A stretch of DNA of 62,594 bases, taken from the NCBI GenBank assembly GCA_005222975.1, contig NJBI01000012.1:1-62594 (forward strand). Reading direction: 5' to 3'. The notes beneath the pieces were generated by a model. It was not told the origin of the DNA. It searched no databases and saw nothing but the letters and a program-made list of their open reading frames with translations. The stretch comes from Promethearchaeota archaeon Loki_b31. Its GTDB lineage: Archaea > Asgardarchaeota > Lokiarchaeia > Sigyniarchaeales > SOKP01. This document shows positions 10,409 to 19,877 of the stretch, in pieces. The position numbers and the translations under genes are program-made. Position 1 is the stretch's first letter, and every line of letters begins with the position of its first letter.

Positions 10409-10867
10409 TTGAGGTTCGAATTGGTTAAAACAATTAAATTAAGGTCTGGTTTAGAGGTTGAGTTCGACGAACAAGCGCCCAAAACTCTTTTTGAAATAAT
10501 AATAAGCGAAGTATTAATTCCAAAATATAAAGAGAATAAAGATTGGAACTTAACTTTAAATATTATTCTAGAGGAAATGAACGAAGTTATTACTGAATAT
10601 GAATTGAGCCCTAAGTTAAAATTAGGGCTATTAAATCAAGTTGAAGAACATTTAGATAAAGATATCGAAGAATTAACCGGTTGTGATAAAATTGAAATAC
10701 TTTTCTTAAACATGGATGACTATGTAGAGGATATAGAAAAATTAATTTGTGCGGGCAAAAACAAATTTCAGTTAAGAACTGACATGGCTAACTTAGTCTA
10801 TCCGCTCACGATCTTTGAATTGGGCGAGCTCTTTATCTATCTTGGAAAAAGAGCGTTTCTAAAGTGA
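10409..10867 (+). CDS. Hypothetical protein
   Basis: 152-aa ORF, helical and acidic; true start uncertain. Confidence 0.6.
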   Translation: MRFELVKTIKLRSGLEVEFDEQAPKTLFEIIISEVLIPKYKENKDWNLTLNIILEEMNEVITEYELSPKLKLGLLNQVEEHLDKDIEELTGCDKIEILFLNMDDYVEDIEKLICAGKNKFQLRTDMANLVYPLTIFELGELFIYLGKRAFLK

Positions 10868-10940
10868 TTTATTTCTTATCGTTTCTCTTTTTATTATTTG
10901 GGCAAAGTGAAAAAACGCTTGAGTTGATTTAATTCTAGTC

Positions 10941-11297
10941 TTAGTCGATTAAATAGAGGATGCCCCTATCCTCTCCACTATGAATAATTTTTACTTTTCT
11001 TCCGTTCAAAGTAGACAAATTTTTTAATGAGAGTTCTATTCCCATGATACACGGGAGCCCAAATTCTCTTGATATAATAGCTAGGTGTGAACCTGCGCCT
11101 CCGGTGGTACATATAGTTGCAACCAATTCAGTTAAAATAGGACCTAGTGTCGTTATTCCAGCATCATCAATTAAACATATTTTTCCAGCAGCTTTATCGA
11201 ATAATTCGATTACATCTTCGAGAGTTGCAATATACGCTAATTCACCAGTAACATCGGATTTGGTAGAACACGATAACCCCTCTCCAATCTTTTTCAT
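10941..11297 (-). CDS. Stand-alone PEP-utilising enzyme mobile (phospho-His swivel) domain protein
   Basis: TTGGAGSHLAIISREFGLPC matches the T-x-x-G-G-x-x-S-H-x-A-I-x-x-R-E-x-G-x-P motif. Confidence 0.85.
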   Translation of the reverse strand: MKKIGEGLSCSTKSDVTGELAYIATLEDVIELFDKAAGKICLIDDAGITTLGPILTELVATICTTGGAGSHLAIISREFGLPCIMGIELSLKNLSTLNGRKVKIIHSGEDRGILYLID

Positions 11298-11460
11298 TAG
11301 CTATATCCCCATCTAATTCTTAATTTATTACCACTAATTAGATTTTAATTTTTTGTATATTACTTAAATTTTTTTAAAAAAAAATGATAGTATTTCAAAT
11401 ATTTAAATAGAACTAAGTTTAAAGTTAATATTAAATGGAAAGGTTTAGGAGGAGATTTAA

Positions 11461-12618
11461 ATGGATATTAAAGCTGCGAATGAATTAATAGCTCGTGCTT
11501 CCGAATTAGTAGATTACCAAGTATCACGAAGAGGACTTTTAGAATCAAAGTTATTTCCTGTAACTGCTTATATTTGCGTTTCTTTTTATGAAGCTTACGA
11601 CATCTTGTATGATATTTTGAAAAGAGTCTCAGAAAAAACTACTCCCGAAAAAATGGGCGAAGAAAGTAGAAAAATACTATCAGAAATTCATGCTTTAAGT
11701 ATTTTTTATATTCCACTGTATTATATGGTTGGAAGGATGGGCGAAATACAAATGAATGGAGGAGATCCTAAAAGCGAAACCAAAGAAAAAAGAGAACAGA
11801 CTATATTTGTCCTCGATTTCTGGAAACGATTAGCAACTTCATATTTTCCTGAAGGAAAATTATCAGTATACGATTCTAACAAACAAAATATTGCCATAAA
11901 TCAATCTGATATTGATTGGACTAAAAATCAAATTATTGATATATCAAAAGAAGAAGCTATAAATGTCAAGAGATCAATGGCGAATCTTGAAGTCGTGTCA
12001 TTTCTTGACGAGTGCGAGGCTAGAGCCAAAATTTGCGACCATGGACCGTATCAAATTAATGAAAACGAAGTCTTGATATTTAGAGAAATATCACATCTCT
12101 ATGACGGTGGTAAACCTCATTTTCCTTGGTCTGAAACGGATGCTACATCTCCCTTTAATAATGTTGCTTTTGTTTTTCGATTAAAAAATATAGAAGCTAA
12201 ATTTGACGATTTTGCTACTTTAGAATCTGTTCCTGCAGATTTTATTGATAATATAACTGGAGTTGCACTGTTAACTAGAGAGGGGAATAATGTTAAACCA
12301 CTGGATTTAGACGTATTAAACTCCTTTAACGCTTATTCCGGAAAAGCCAATAAAGAATTATTTTTAAAATTTGCTAAATGGGATAGAAAACAAAGATTAA
12401 TTGCGGGGGCTTACGCATATTGTTACGGATATGCGAGGTATACTAATTTCGCTAGGGTTACTGATGAGATTAATTGGGAGCTTACTGAAAGAATAATGGA
12501 TAAATATATACCAATCTTTATGGAGAGTGATTTCGATCCGGGAATTCCGAGATTATTAAGAAGTAGAGCAAAAAAAAAGAGAGAAGGTCCGTCCCTTTAT
12601 TTACTACCACAGGATTGA
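11461..12618 (+). CDS. Hypothetical protein of unknown function
   Basis: 385-aa ORF with strong SD (GGAGGAG); contains DHGPY and PWS segments; no family recognised. Confidence 0.8.
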   Translation: MDIKAANELIARASELVDYQVSRRGLLESKLFPVTAYICVSFYEAYDILYDILKRVSEKTTPEKMGEESRKILSEIHALSIFYIPLYYMVGRMGEIQMNGGDPKSETKEKREQTIFVLDFWKRLATSYFPEGKLSVYDSNKQNIAINQSDIDWTKNQIIDISKEEAINVKRSMANLEVVSFLDECEARAKICDHGPYQINENEVLIFREISHLYDGGKPHFPWSETDATSPFNNVAFVFRLKNIEAKFDDFATLESVPADFIDNITGVALLTREGNNVKPLDLDVLNSFNAYSGKANKELFLKFAKWDRKQRLIAGAYAYCYGYARYTNFARVTDEINWELTERIMDKYIPIFMESDFDPGIPRLLRSRAKKKREGPSLYLLPQD

Positions 12619-13544
12619 TTTGCATGGATATTAACGAGAAAGGTTCTACTTTGGTTGAAGTTGACGAATTACTTCATCAACCTTCGAGTGAACTAAAATG
12701 GAGGGAATCTTATTATTTTAATTGGGCAGATCTGAAAAATAAAATTTCTGGATTCACAACAATAGGGATAGTTCCTCATGAAAATAGGAGAGAGTTTGTA
12801 TTCTTATTATTCTTAGAAGATCGAAATGAAGTATATTATAAAGAACCACCATTACAGGAATACGATAGCGATATTAATTCTATGTTGCGAGATAAGAAAC
12901 TCTCATACACGCTTATTAAACCCTTTAAAAAATGGAGAATAGTTTATAAATCGCGGAAATTAAAGCTTGATATAACCTTTGAAACCAGATTTCCAACTTT
13001 TAATTTCGGTAAAGATTCTTCTAAATCTTGGCATCAGCATTTTGAATCCTCAGGAGTAATCACAGGTAAATTAATTAAAAAAGACGGAGAAATCATTAAG
13101 ATCACGGGATATGGTCAACGTGATAAGAGTTGGGGCTTTCGAGACTGGCATCAGTTTGATAAATGGTACGCAGGCCATTTCCAATTCAAAGACTGGTCAT
13201 GTGCATTTCGAAAAGATTATATTGAAAATCGAATAGATTTATCAGGTCATACTTCGAATAAAAAAGGAAATATTTCATTATCCAATTTGGAAATCAAAAC
13301 TTTAAATGACTCAGATCAGTTTAAAAGTCCACTTACAACAACTTATAAATTTACAGATGCAACTGACATAGAATATAAAATCAAAGCAGAGCGATTCGGA
13401 AAGAATTCGTTTATTCGCTTTGTAAGAAGTTTCCCTGGGGGATATACGGAATTATTTGAACAAATGGCCGTGATAAAGGATTTAAAAACTGGAGAGATTG
13501 GTGTAGGTATGATGGAACACTTAAGAACTTTTAAAACCGAATAA
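12615..13544 (+). CDS. Tocopherol cyclase/CrtC-like beta-barrel protein
   Basis: WRESYYFNW, HFE..G...G and GQRDKSWGFRDW motifs. Confidence 0.65.
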   Translation: MICMDINEKGSTLVEVDELLHQPSSELKWRESYYFNWADLKNKISGFTTIGIVPHENRREFVFLLFLEDRNEVYYKEPPLQEYDSDINSMLRDKKLSYTLIKPFKKWRIVYKSRKLKLDITFETRFPTFNFGKDSSKSWHQHFESSGVITGKLIKKDGEIIKITGYGQRDKSWGFRDWHQFDKWYAGHFQFKDWSCAFRKDYIENRIDLSGHTSNKKGNISLSNLEIKTLNDSDQFKSPLTTTYKFTDATDIEYKIKAERFGKNSFIRFVRSFPGGYTELFEQMAVIKDLKTGEIGVGMMEHLRTFKTE

Positions 13545-13654
13545 AGAAATAGATTTATATAGTAAAAAGTCGAATTTCTATTAATTAGGAAATTTACGAA
13601 ATAATAATACATTATTTAATCAAAAGGATGTGATTAACGATTTGTGATTGGTGT

Positions 13655-14509
13655 TTGTCCCATGGGGCAGGTAAAAAATGGTACATGAATGCCCGAAATT
13701 ACTCCAATGAGCTTGCCGAAGAATATAATTTGAAAGAATATTTAACCGAGCAATGGATGAATTTTGAACAAGTTTTTATAAGAAAAATTATGGGTTTTTC
13801 GTCTAAAGACTTGGGATATAAGTTGAAAATGCCAATAATCGGTAAAATTCTTCGTTGGAAAGCTGAGAAGATGATCCATAGTGAAAAGAAAAATAGAAAC
13901 CCTGTAAGGGCTGATGGTCATTTTGGACAGGTGATTCCGTTAGAAGACGCTCAGATCATTATGTCAGAACTAGCTGCTGAACCAATAATCCTTAATTATT
14001 GTATGTGTCGCTGGATGCAGAGGAAAAAAAAAGAAGCAGTATGTATAAATTTCGGTGTGCTTTCGGAAGTCTTAGAGAAACTACCGCGCTTTATTCCAAA
14101 AGATCGAATTGTAAGGATAGATCGCGAGACTGCGATGGAAAAATTAGAAGAGTTTAATAAAAAAGGATATATTTCTAGTGTCTGGTTTCAGCCAGTGCCA
14201 TACATTAACGCCATTTGTTCTTGCGAAAGTCCAGAATGTGGAGGACTTACTCTAAGAAATAATTTTGATTTACACGCTGTGTATAAAGCAGAATATATCA
14301 TCCAATTAGATCAAGATAAGTGTCAAGGTTGTAAGTCGTGTGTTGCTACATGTCAATTTAGTGCTATTCGTTTTATCCCTACGATGAACAGAGTTATCAT
14401 AGATTATAATAAATGTTTTGGTTGTGGTGTATGTAGATATGCTTGTAAAAACGATGCCTTAAAATTAATACCCAGAGAGGAGTATCCTGGATTTGATGGA
14501 TCGTATTAG
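13655..14509 (+). CDS. 4Fe-4S dicluster domain protein
   Basis: CMCR, ICSC..C and two CxxCxxCxxxC ferredoxin motifs. Confidence 0.85.
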   Translation: MSHGAGKKWYMNARNYSNELAEEYNLKEYLTEQWMNFEQVFIRKIMGFSSKDLGYKLKMPIIGKILRWKAEKMIHSEKKNRNPVRADGHFGQVIPLEDAQIIMSELAAEPIILNYCMCRWMQRKKKEAVCINFGVLSEVLEKLPRFIPKDRIVRIDRETAMEKLEEFNKKGYISSVWFQPVPYINAICSCESPECGGLTLRNNFDLHAVYKAEYIIQLDQDKCQGCKSCVATCQFSAIRFIPTMNRVIIDYNKCFGCGVCRYACKNDALKLIPREEYPGFDGSY

Positions 14510-14517
14510 GTGATATT

Positions 14518-14796
14518 ATGAGCAAAGGAAAGAAAAAGAGAAGAACTAAGATAATTATTGATTATTCTATATGTGGAGAAAAGGGTAAAATAGACCCAAG
14601 AGATTGTGGACTATGTTTGAGATCATGTGATCCTGCTGTTTTTATAATGCATACAACAATCGGAACGGAAGACAAACAAGAAGATCCATACGATCCACAA
14701 GACTGGCGAATTACTCCCATATGGGGCTCTTTATGCTCTCGTTGTTTCAAATGTGTTGAGGCTTGTCCTGAAAATGCTATAACAGTATCATGGTAA
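14518..14796 (+). CDS. Ferredoxin
   Basis: CGLCLRSC and CSRCFKCVEACP; SD GGTGAT upstream. Confidence 0.85.
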   Translation: MSKGKKKRRTKIIIDYSICGEKGKIDPRDCGLCLRSCDPAVFIMHTTIGTEDKQEDPYDPQDWRITPIWGSLCSRCFKCVEACPENAITVSW

Positions 14797-14852
14797 AGGA
14801 TTATCTTAACAATTAAGTTCAATAATCTTTAACTTTTTATTATTTTTAAAGC

Positions 14853-16862
14853 ATGCAACAAAAATTTAACCCTAAGGAAATCAAAATTGGTCTTAAACTA
14901 CCGACAATTTTGACCCCACTAAGTGGAGTACTAATTCGAATGGCTTTTTTTGTAGATTACATTTTCCCTCCGCTATTTAAAATATTTAAAATAATTGGGC
15001 GTTTGGGTAAACTTCAAAATATTAGTTTTTTACCTGAAAATGACGTCATTAGATTAAAACAAACTCTTATAACTCTTGAAGACGGAGGAAAGTTAGCAAC
15101 CGACATATATTTACCGAAAGAGATTTACAAAAAGAAAGGCAAGGGCCCTACAATTCTAATAAGACTACCTTATTGGAAAGATCGCCTTAGTATATTAGGA
15201 TATTTCTTAGCGTCTAAAGGTTATGTTTCAGTTCTCCAAGATATACGAGGTTGTGCGCGTTCGAGCGATTATAGCACTAATTCGATATACATGTATGAAC
15301 GACAAGATGGCTTAGAAACTTTACGTTGGATCACCAAACGATTTTGGCACAATGGGAAAATAGGAATGTGGGGATTGTCTTATTTGGGCATAACACAATT
15401 AGCTGTATCCTGGAATAACGAAAATTTACTTACTTGTTTAAGTCCAATTCACAGTTCTTTTTCAAACGTTTTTTGGCATCCTGGAGGTTTATATCCGATT
15501 GGTTTGTCAGGATCTCTTTATTTAATCATGAAGTCTACCTCAAGCATGAAAAAACTAACAACTATGGATTTTGATCAGTGGGATAAAGATGGATATTACA
15601 AGCAATTGTTTTTTAACCCCTCTATTAGCTTTTATAACGAACCTTTAAACTCAAAAATACCAAAATTATCGGATATGGCAAGCATAGAAGGAGCTAAATA
15701 CTTGATGAAGATTATGAATCGAGTCTATAAAACGGATGTAGATGTTTCTAAAAAGGACGACGGTTCGTTCGCTAAGTTGATAAAGGAAGTGTTCTATGAG
15801 AGAAAATTATTTCACAATCACGAATTATCCCCATATGTATTTGGACTTGATTATAAATTTGATACGCCCATACTTTTTATTGGGGGTTGGTACGACATGT
15901 TTATTGAACACATGGTACGAGACGCGAAGTTAATACAAGAAAGGGCTCCAAAATTCTTCAAAGAGAATTTTAAGATGATCATTGGCCCTTGGACACATAT
16001 GAATATGGATAAATTATTTATTAAGCCATTAAAGTACGCCCATTTAAAAGATGACTTCAGGTTTTTTAAAAATATCCTTCCATTTTGGTGGTATGAATCT
16101 TGGTTAAAAGGAGAAGAGGCAGATTTTTCAAAACTACCTCCATTACAAGTATTTGTGTTAAATAAAAATATTTGGAGAGGTTTTAAAAAGTGGCCGCCCT
16201 CTTCCAATGAATTAAAATTATACTTGCATTCTAATGGGGAAAGTAATAGCCTTTACGGAGATGGCGTCCTTTCAAAAAACGAACCGAAAGAAGAACCGCC
16301 CGATAAATATCATTTCGATCCTACTAATCCTGTGATTACAAAAGGGGGAAGAAATCTTTTTCTCTTAAGTGGTCCTCAAGATCAGACTAACATTGAAAAG
16401 CGTGATGATGTGTTAATATATACTTCAAAAACGCTCGAAAAAGGCATAGAAATTATCGGTGAGGTCAAAATGGTCCTTTTTGCTTCTACCACAGTACGGG
16501 ATACAGATTTTATGGTTAAACTAGTTGATGTCTACCCTAATGGAAAAACTTCAATAAATGTTATAGATTCTGGTGTAAGAACTCGCTTTCTTAATGGCGA
16601 TTTGAACGAACCTAAACTCATCAAACCAAATAACATATATAAATACGAATTCACCATTGGTTCAATTGGTATCTATTTTCCAAAAAACCACAAAATACGC
16701 TTAGAAATAACTTCAAGCAATTTCCCTCGATTCGACGTAAATTCCAATCTTGCGGGAGTACAAAATGAGAAGGGGTACAAGGTTGCTACGCAAACCATAT
16801 ATCACGAAAAAGCTAATCAATCACATGTAATCCTTCCCGTTTTTTCTATTGAAAAACAATAA
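14853..16862 (+). CDS. CocE/NonD-family serine hydrolase
   Basis: LATDIY, QDIRG, GLSYLG nucleophile elbow, GGWYD, GPWTH, SSNFPRFD. Confidence 0.92.
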   Translation: MQQKFNPKEIKIGLKLPTILTPLSGVLIRMAFFVDYIFPPLFKIFKIIGRLGKLQNISFLPENDVIRLKQTLITLEDGGKLATDIYLPKEIYKKKGKGPTILIRLPYWKDRLSILGYFLASKGYVSVLQDIRGCARSSDYSTNSIYMYERQDGLETLRWITKRFWHNGKIGMWGLSYLGITQLAVSWNNENLLTCLSPIHSSFSNVFWHPGGLYPIGLSGSLYLIMKSTSSMKKLTTMDFDQWDKDGYYKQLFFNPSISFYNEPLNSKIPKLSDMASIEGAKYLMKIMNRVYKTDVDVSKKDDGSFAKLIKEVFYERKLFHNHELSPYVFGLDYKFDTPILFIGGWYDMFIEHMVRDAKLIQERAPKFFKENFKMIIGPWTHMNMDKLFIKPLKYAHLKDDFRFFKNILPFWWYESWLKGEEADFSKLPPLQVFVLNKNIWRGFKKWPPSSNELKLYLHSNGESNSLYGDGVLSKNEPKEEPPDKYHFDPTNPVITKGGRNLFLLSGPQDQTNIEKRDDVLIYTSKTLEKGIEIIGEVKMVLFASTTVRDTDFMVKLVDVYPNGKTSINVIDSGVRTRFLNGDLNEPKLIKPNNIYKYEFTIGSIGIYFPKNHKIRLEITSSNFPRFDVNSNLAGVQNEKGYKVATQTIYHEKANQSHVILPVFSIEKQ

Positions 16863-16949
16863 TAATTACACCTTCACCTAAGAACAAAGGCTACAGATAA
16901 AGAATTTTGTAGAAGCTCTTATTTATTTATTTGTTTATTAAGAACCCAT

Positions 16950-17747
16950 TTATTTTAATTTAACTATATCAGCCGTCTTATATAAATACATGAAATAAAA
17001 ATTGCTAGCTGGTCCAAAAGCGATATGATCGGCCATAACGCCAAAATAAGATAATTTTTTAAAAATGTCTTGAGTCAAAATTATAAAGGCATCTTCCCCT
17101 TCGTCCATTACCACGCTAGTCCCAAAAACTTGATCACGGGAACGGATTTCAGCGATTTGAGCGTATTTTTCGAGGATTTCTTTAAATTTTTTGTCCTTTA
17201 CTATTACTTCTTCGACTAATAATCTAATATCTGTGACTCCTCGAGCTCTTGCTTTTTTTATTTCCTCGTAAAACACATCTAAAAATTCGTAATCTTGTGC
17301 GACAAAGTATAGTGCCATTTTTGCTGTATTTATTAAAGTTAAAGCTCTATTAATACAAACATCTCTTCCCCGGTGAACATATAAGGCAACTTTTATCGGT
17401 GTATCGTGAGATTCGTAAATGGGGGTAAGCTCACGAATAATTGCGTCTGAATACCTGTCAAAATTATCGCTGTATTGTTTCTTTGCGATTACCAAAGCTT
17501 CATCAGGGCTTTTTGCAAAATATCTTGACGGTCTTGATTCTTCCTCTTTTAAAATCCACATTTTATCTTTTTCTAATTGAGTTAAAATGTTATAAATTCG
17601 AGAATATGGAACTCTTGAGGCTTCAGAAAGCTCTCTCGCGTCCATAGGTCCTTTTGAAATTAAAGTTAAATATATTGATATCTCGTAATCCGTTAAACCA
17701 ATCGAACGTAGAGATTCTTTAACATTCTCGGGAGTTTCTTTTGACAT
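16950..17747 (-). CDS. TrmB-family transcriptional regulator
   Basis: GLTDYE..IY..L and VPYSRIY..L winged-HTH, plus a C-terminal effector domain. Confidence 0.9.
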   Translation of the reverse strand: MSKETPENVKESLRSIGLTDYEISIYLTLISKGPMDARELSEASRVPYSRIYNILTQLEKDKMWILKEEESRPSRYFAKSPDEALVIAKKQYSDNFDRYSDAIIRELTPIYESHDTPIKVALYVHRGRDVCINRALTLINTAKMALYFVAQDYEFLDVFYEEIKKARARGVTDIRLLVEEVIVKDKKFKEILEKYAQIAEIRSRDQVFGTSVVMDEGEDAFIILTQDIFKKLSYFGVMADHIAFGPASNFYFMYLYKTADIVKLK

Positions 17748-17868
17748 TTTTTACACCATTAAACAAAATCGTGTAATTTAAGAGGTTTTAGGCACTTATA
17801 AGAATTTTGTTAATTAATAAATTAATAAATATTTCATACTATTTCATACTATATTATTTTTTTTCTTT

Positions 17869-17930
17869 TTACCCTTGCGGGGTAAGTCGTTTTACGACTA
17901 AAATTTTCTCGTAAAAGTCATTCTTTATCG
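17869..17930 (-). promoter_or_regulatory. Putative eukaryote-like SECIS element of the 17931..18122 ORF
   Basis: Minus strand reads AUGA-C-UUUUACGA-GAAAAUUUUAG-UCGUAAAA-C-GA-C then UUACCC-CGCAA-GGGUAA. It begins right after the TAA and has the same layout as the two selD SECIS elements. Confidence 0.8.
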
Positions 17931-18122
17931 TTATATTAGGTTTAAAATAGTTTCTTGATAAATAATAGCTGAGCAAGGTCAGATTCCTCCGTTGTTATCT
18001 TGGGGGATGAAATTAATGACTGCTACAGAGATGATAGTAGCAAAAGTAATAACCAGTGCTATGATAATAAGAGCAATGAATATTTTTTTATTTCTTTCAT
18101 TTTCAAGGAATTTTAAATGCAT
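17931..18122 (-). CDS. Candidate small single-pass membrane selenoprotein (63 aa, U48-P-C50); not in the ORF track
   Basis: MHLKFLENERNKKIFIALIIIALVITFATIISVAVINFIPQDNNGGI-U-PCSAIIYQETILNLI*. In-frame TGA at 17981-17979, SD-like GTGTGAT upstream of the ATG, SECIS directly after the TAA. Confidence 0.78.
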
Positions 18123-18278
18123 TTTTATCACACTTATATTATTTTAATTAAGAAAATTTTTATTAATTTGGATTTAAAAAATTTTTACAAATTCAATTCT
18201 TAAGTAAAATTTTAAATTCATATATATCTCATTATTTAATATTCTTTTTATAAAATTAAGTGGGAATTATGAGTCAAA

Positions 18279-19829
18279 ATGTTGGAAAAAAAAAGTTTAA
18301 TAGTAATAGGGGCAGGTGCGACAGGTTTGAGTGCTGCTATAATATGGGCACTTAATCATGATACTAAAGCGCATCCAGTTCTTCTTATTGAAAAAGAACC
18401 TAAGGTTGGCGGATTTGTTACGTCATATGAAAGAGAAGGGTTTGTATTTGATACGTGTCAAATGTTACCAAATATTTCTGAAATTCTTGAATATCTGGGC
18501 GTTGAGATTGAGCTTAAAAAGTTTAAAGGCTATTACATGAGAATATTTGTTGTCAATCCTGAGACAAAAGAGATTAAAGTGCTTGAGTTACCAACAGGGG
18601 TGGACAAATTTAAACAGAATCTAATTGAAAAATATCCAAATAATGCAGAACAAATTACTAAATTTATAGACCATGCACGTGCGATGTATTTAGAACTATT
18701 TAATTTAAAGGTTGAACCTACTTTTTTCGAAATTTTAAAGTTGTTATTTACTTGTCCAAAAATCATTAAAAATGCTTCAAAAACATTTAAAGAATATTTT
18801 GGAAAGTTTAGAATCACTGAGCCAGAAGTGATTGAAATTTTTAATGTATTTGCTGATTTTAGTGCTCTACCAGCAGAACAAGTTACAGCTTTAGTTCCCC
18901 TAGCAGCAATGAATTCATTATTGGATGGTGCCTATCGAACGAAATTAGGTTTTATTGACTTTTCTAACAAACTCCAAGAAAGATTTTTGAGTTTAGGAGG
19001 TGAACTTAAGCTAAGTAGTGAAGTTGAGAATATTTTAGTAGAAAACAATCAGGTCAAAGGTGTGCGTCTTAAAGGAGGAGAAGAAACCTACGCAGATTAT
19101 GTAATTACCACCGTAGACACAATGTTAGCTATGAAAAAATTAGTTGGGTTAGGAAAAATTCGCAAGGCAAATAAAAAATATGCCGATAAAATTGAGTCCA
19201 TAAAAATGTCTACATCTTCGTTTAATGTAAGCTTGGGATTAGATGATAAACTTGACCTAGCTACTTTAGGTATGGATTGTGGTTATAATGTCATTACTAC
19301 AGGAGGAGATACATATGACAGATTATTCGACGCATACGAGAAAGGAGAGATCGGTTTTTCTGAAAAAAGATTTCATATCGGAGTAATTTGTCCTTCACTT
19401 ACTACAGGAGGGCAACCGAATATCACGATCCGAGTAACACCTATGGCTCTCGCAGATTGGAGAGAATTACGGGAAAGCAATAAAGATGAATATGAAAAAA
19501 GAAAAGAAAAATGGGGCAATTTTTTTATAGGCATTGTTGAGAAATATCTTATTCCAGATCTCAGGAAACATATTCTTATTACAGATATTTCTACACCAGC
19601 AACTTACGCTCGTTATTCTAATTCTCCTACGGGTTCTATCTTTGATATGGCGCCCACTACAAATAATTTTGGTCGTACTCGTTTAAAGATAAGAACTCCA
19701 ATCAAGGGTTTATTCCAACCGAAATTTGTACACGGAGTGTTTGGTTCTTTATTAGGTGGTATGCAGGCAGTAGATATGATACTTAACAGAAAAATAATGA
19801 ATGGTAACGCTCGTTTAAAACTCAATTAA
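18279..19829 (+). CDS. Phytoene desaturase-like FAD-dependent oxidoreductase
   Basis: IGAGATGLSAA, EKEPKVGG, TPATYARY..SPTGS. Confidence 0.85.
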   Translation: MLEKKSLIVIGAGATGLSAAIIWALNHDTKAHPVLLIEKEPKVGGFVTSYEREGFVFDTCQMLPNISEILEYLGVEIELKKFKGYYMRIFVVNPETKEIKVLELPTGVDKFKQNLIEKYPNNAEQITKFIDHARAMYLELFNLKVEPTFFEILKLLFTCPKIIKNASKTFKEYFGKFRITEPEVIEIFNVFADFSALPAEQVTALVPLAAMNSLLDGAYRTKLGFIDFSNKLQERFLSLGGELKLSSEVENILVENNQVKGVRLKGGEETYADYVITTVDTMLAMKKLVGLGKIRKANKKYADKIESIKMSTSSFNVSLGLDDKLDLATLGMDCGYNVITTGGDTYDRLFDAYEKGEIGFSEKRFHIGVICPSLTTGGQPNITIRVTPMALADWRELRESNKDEYEKRKEKWGNFFIGIVEKYLIPDLRKHILITDISTPATYARYSNSPTGSIFDMAPTTNNFGRTRLKIRTPIKGLFQPKFVHGVFGSLLGGMQAVDMILNRKIMNGNARLKLN

Positions 19830-19877
19830 AAGGATTATTTTTTTTTATTTCTATTTCTTTTTAAGATTTTTACATAT

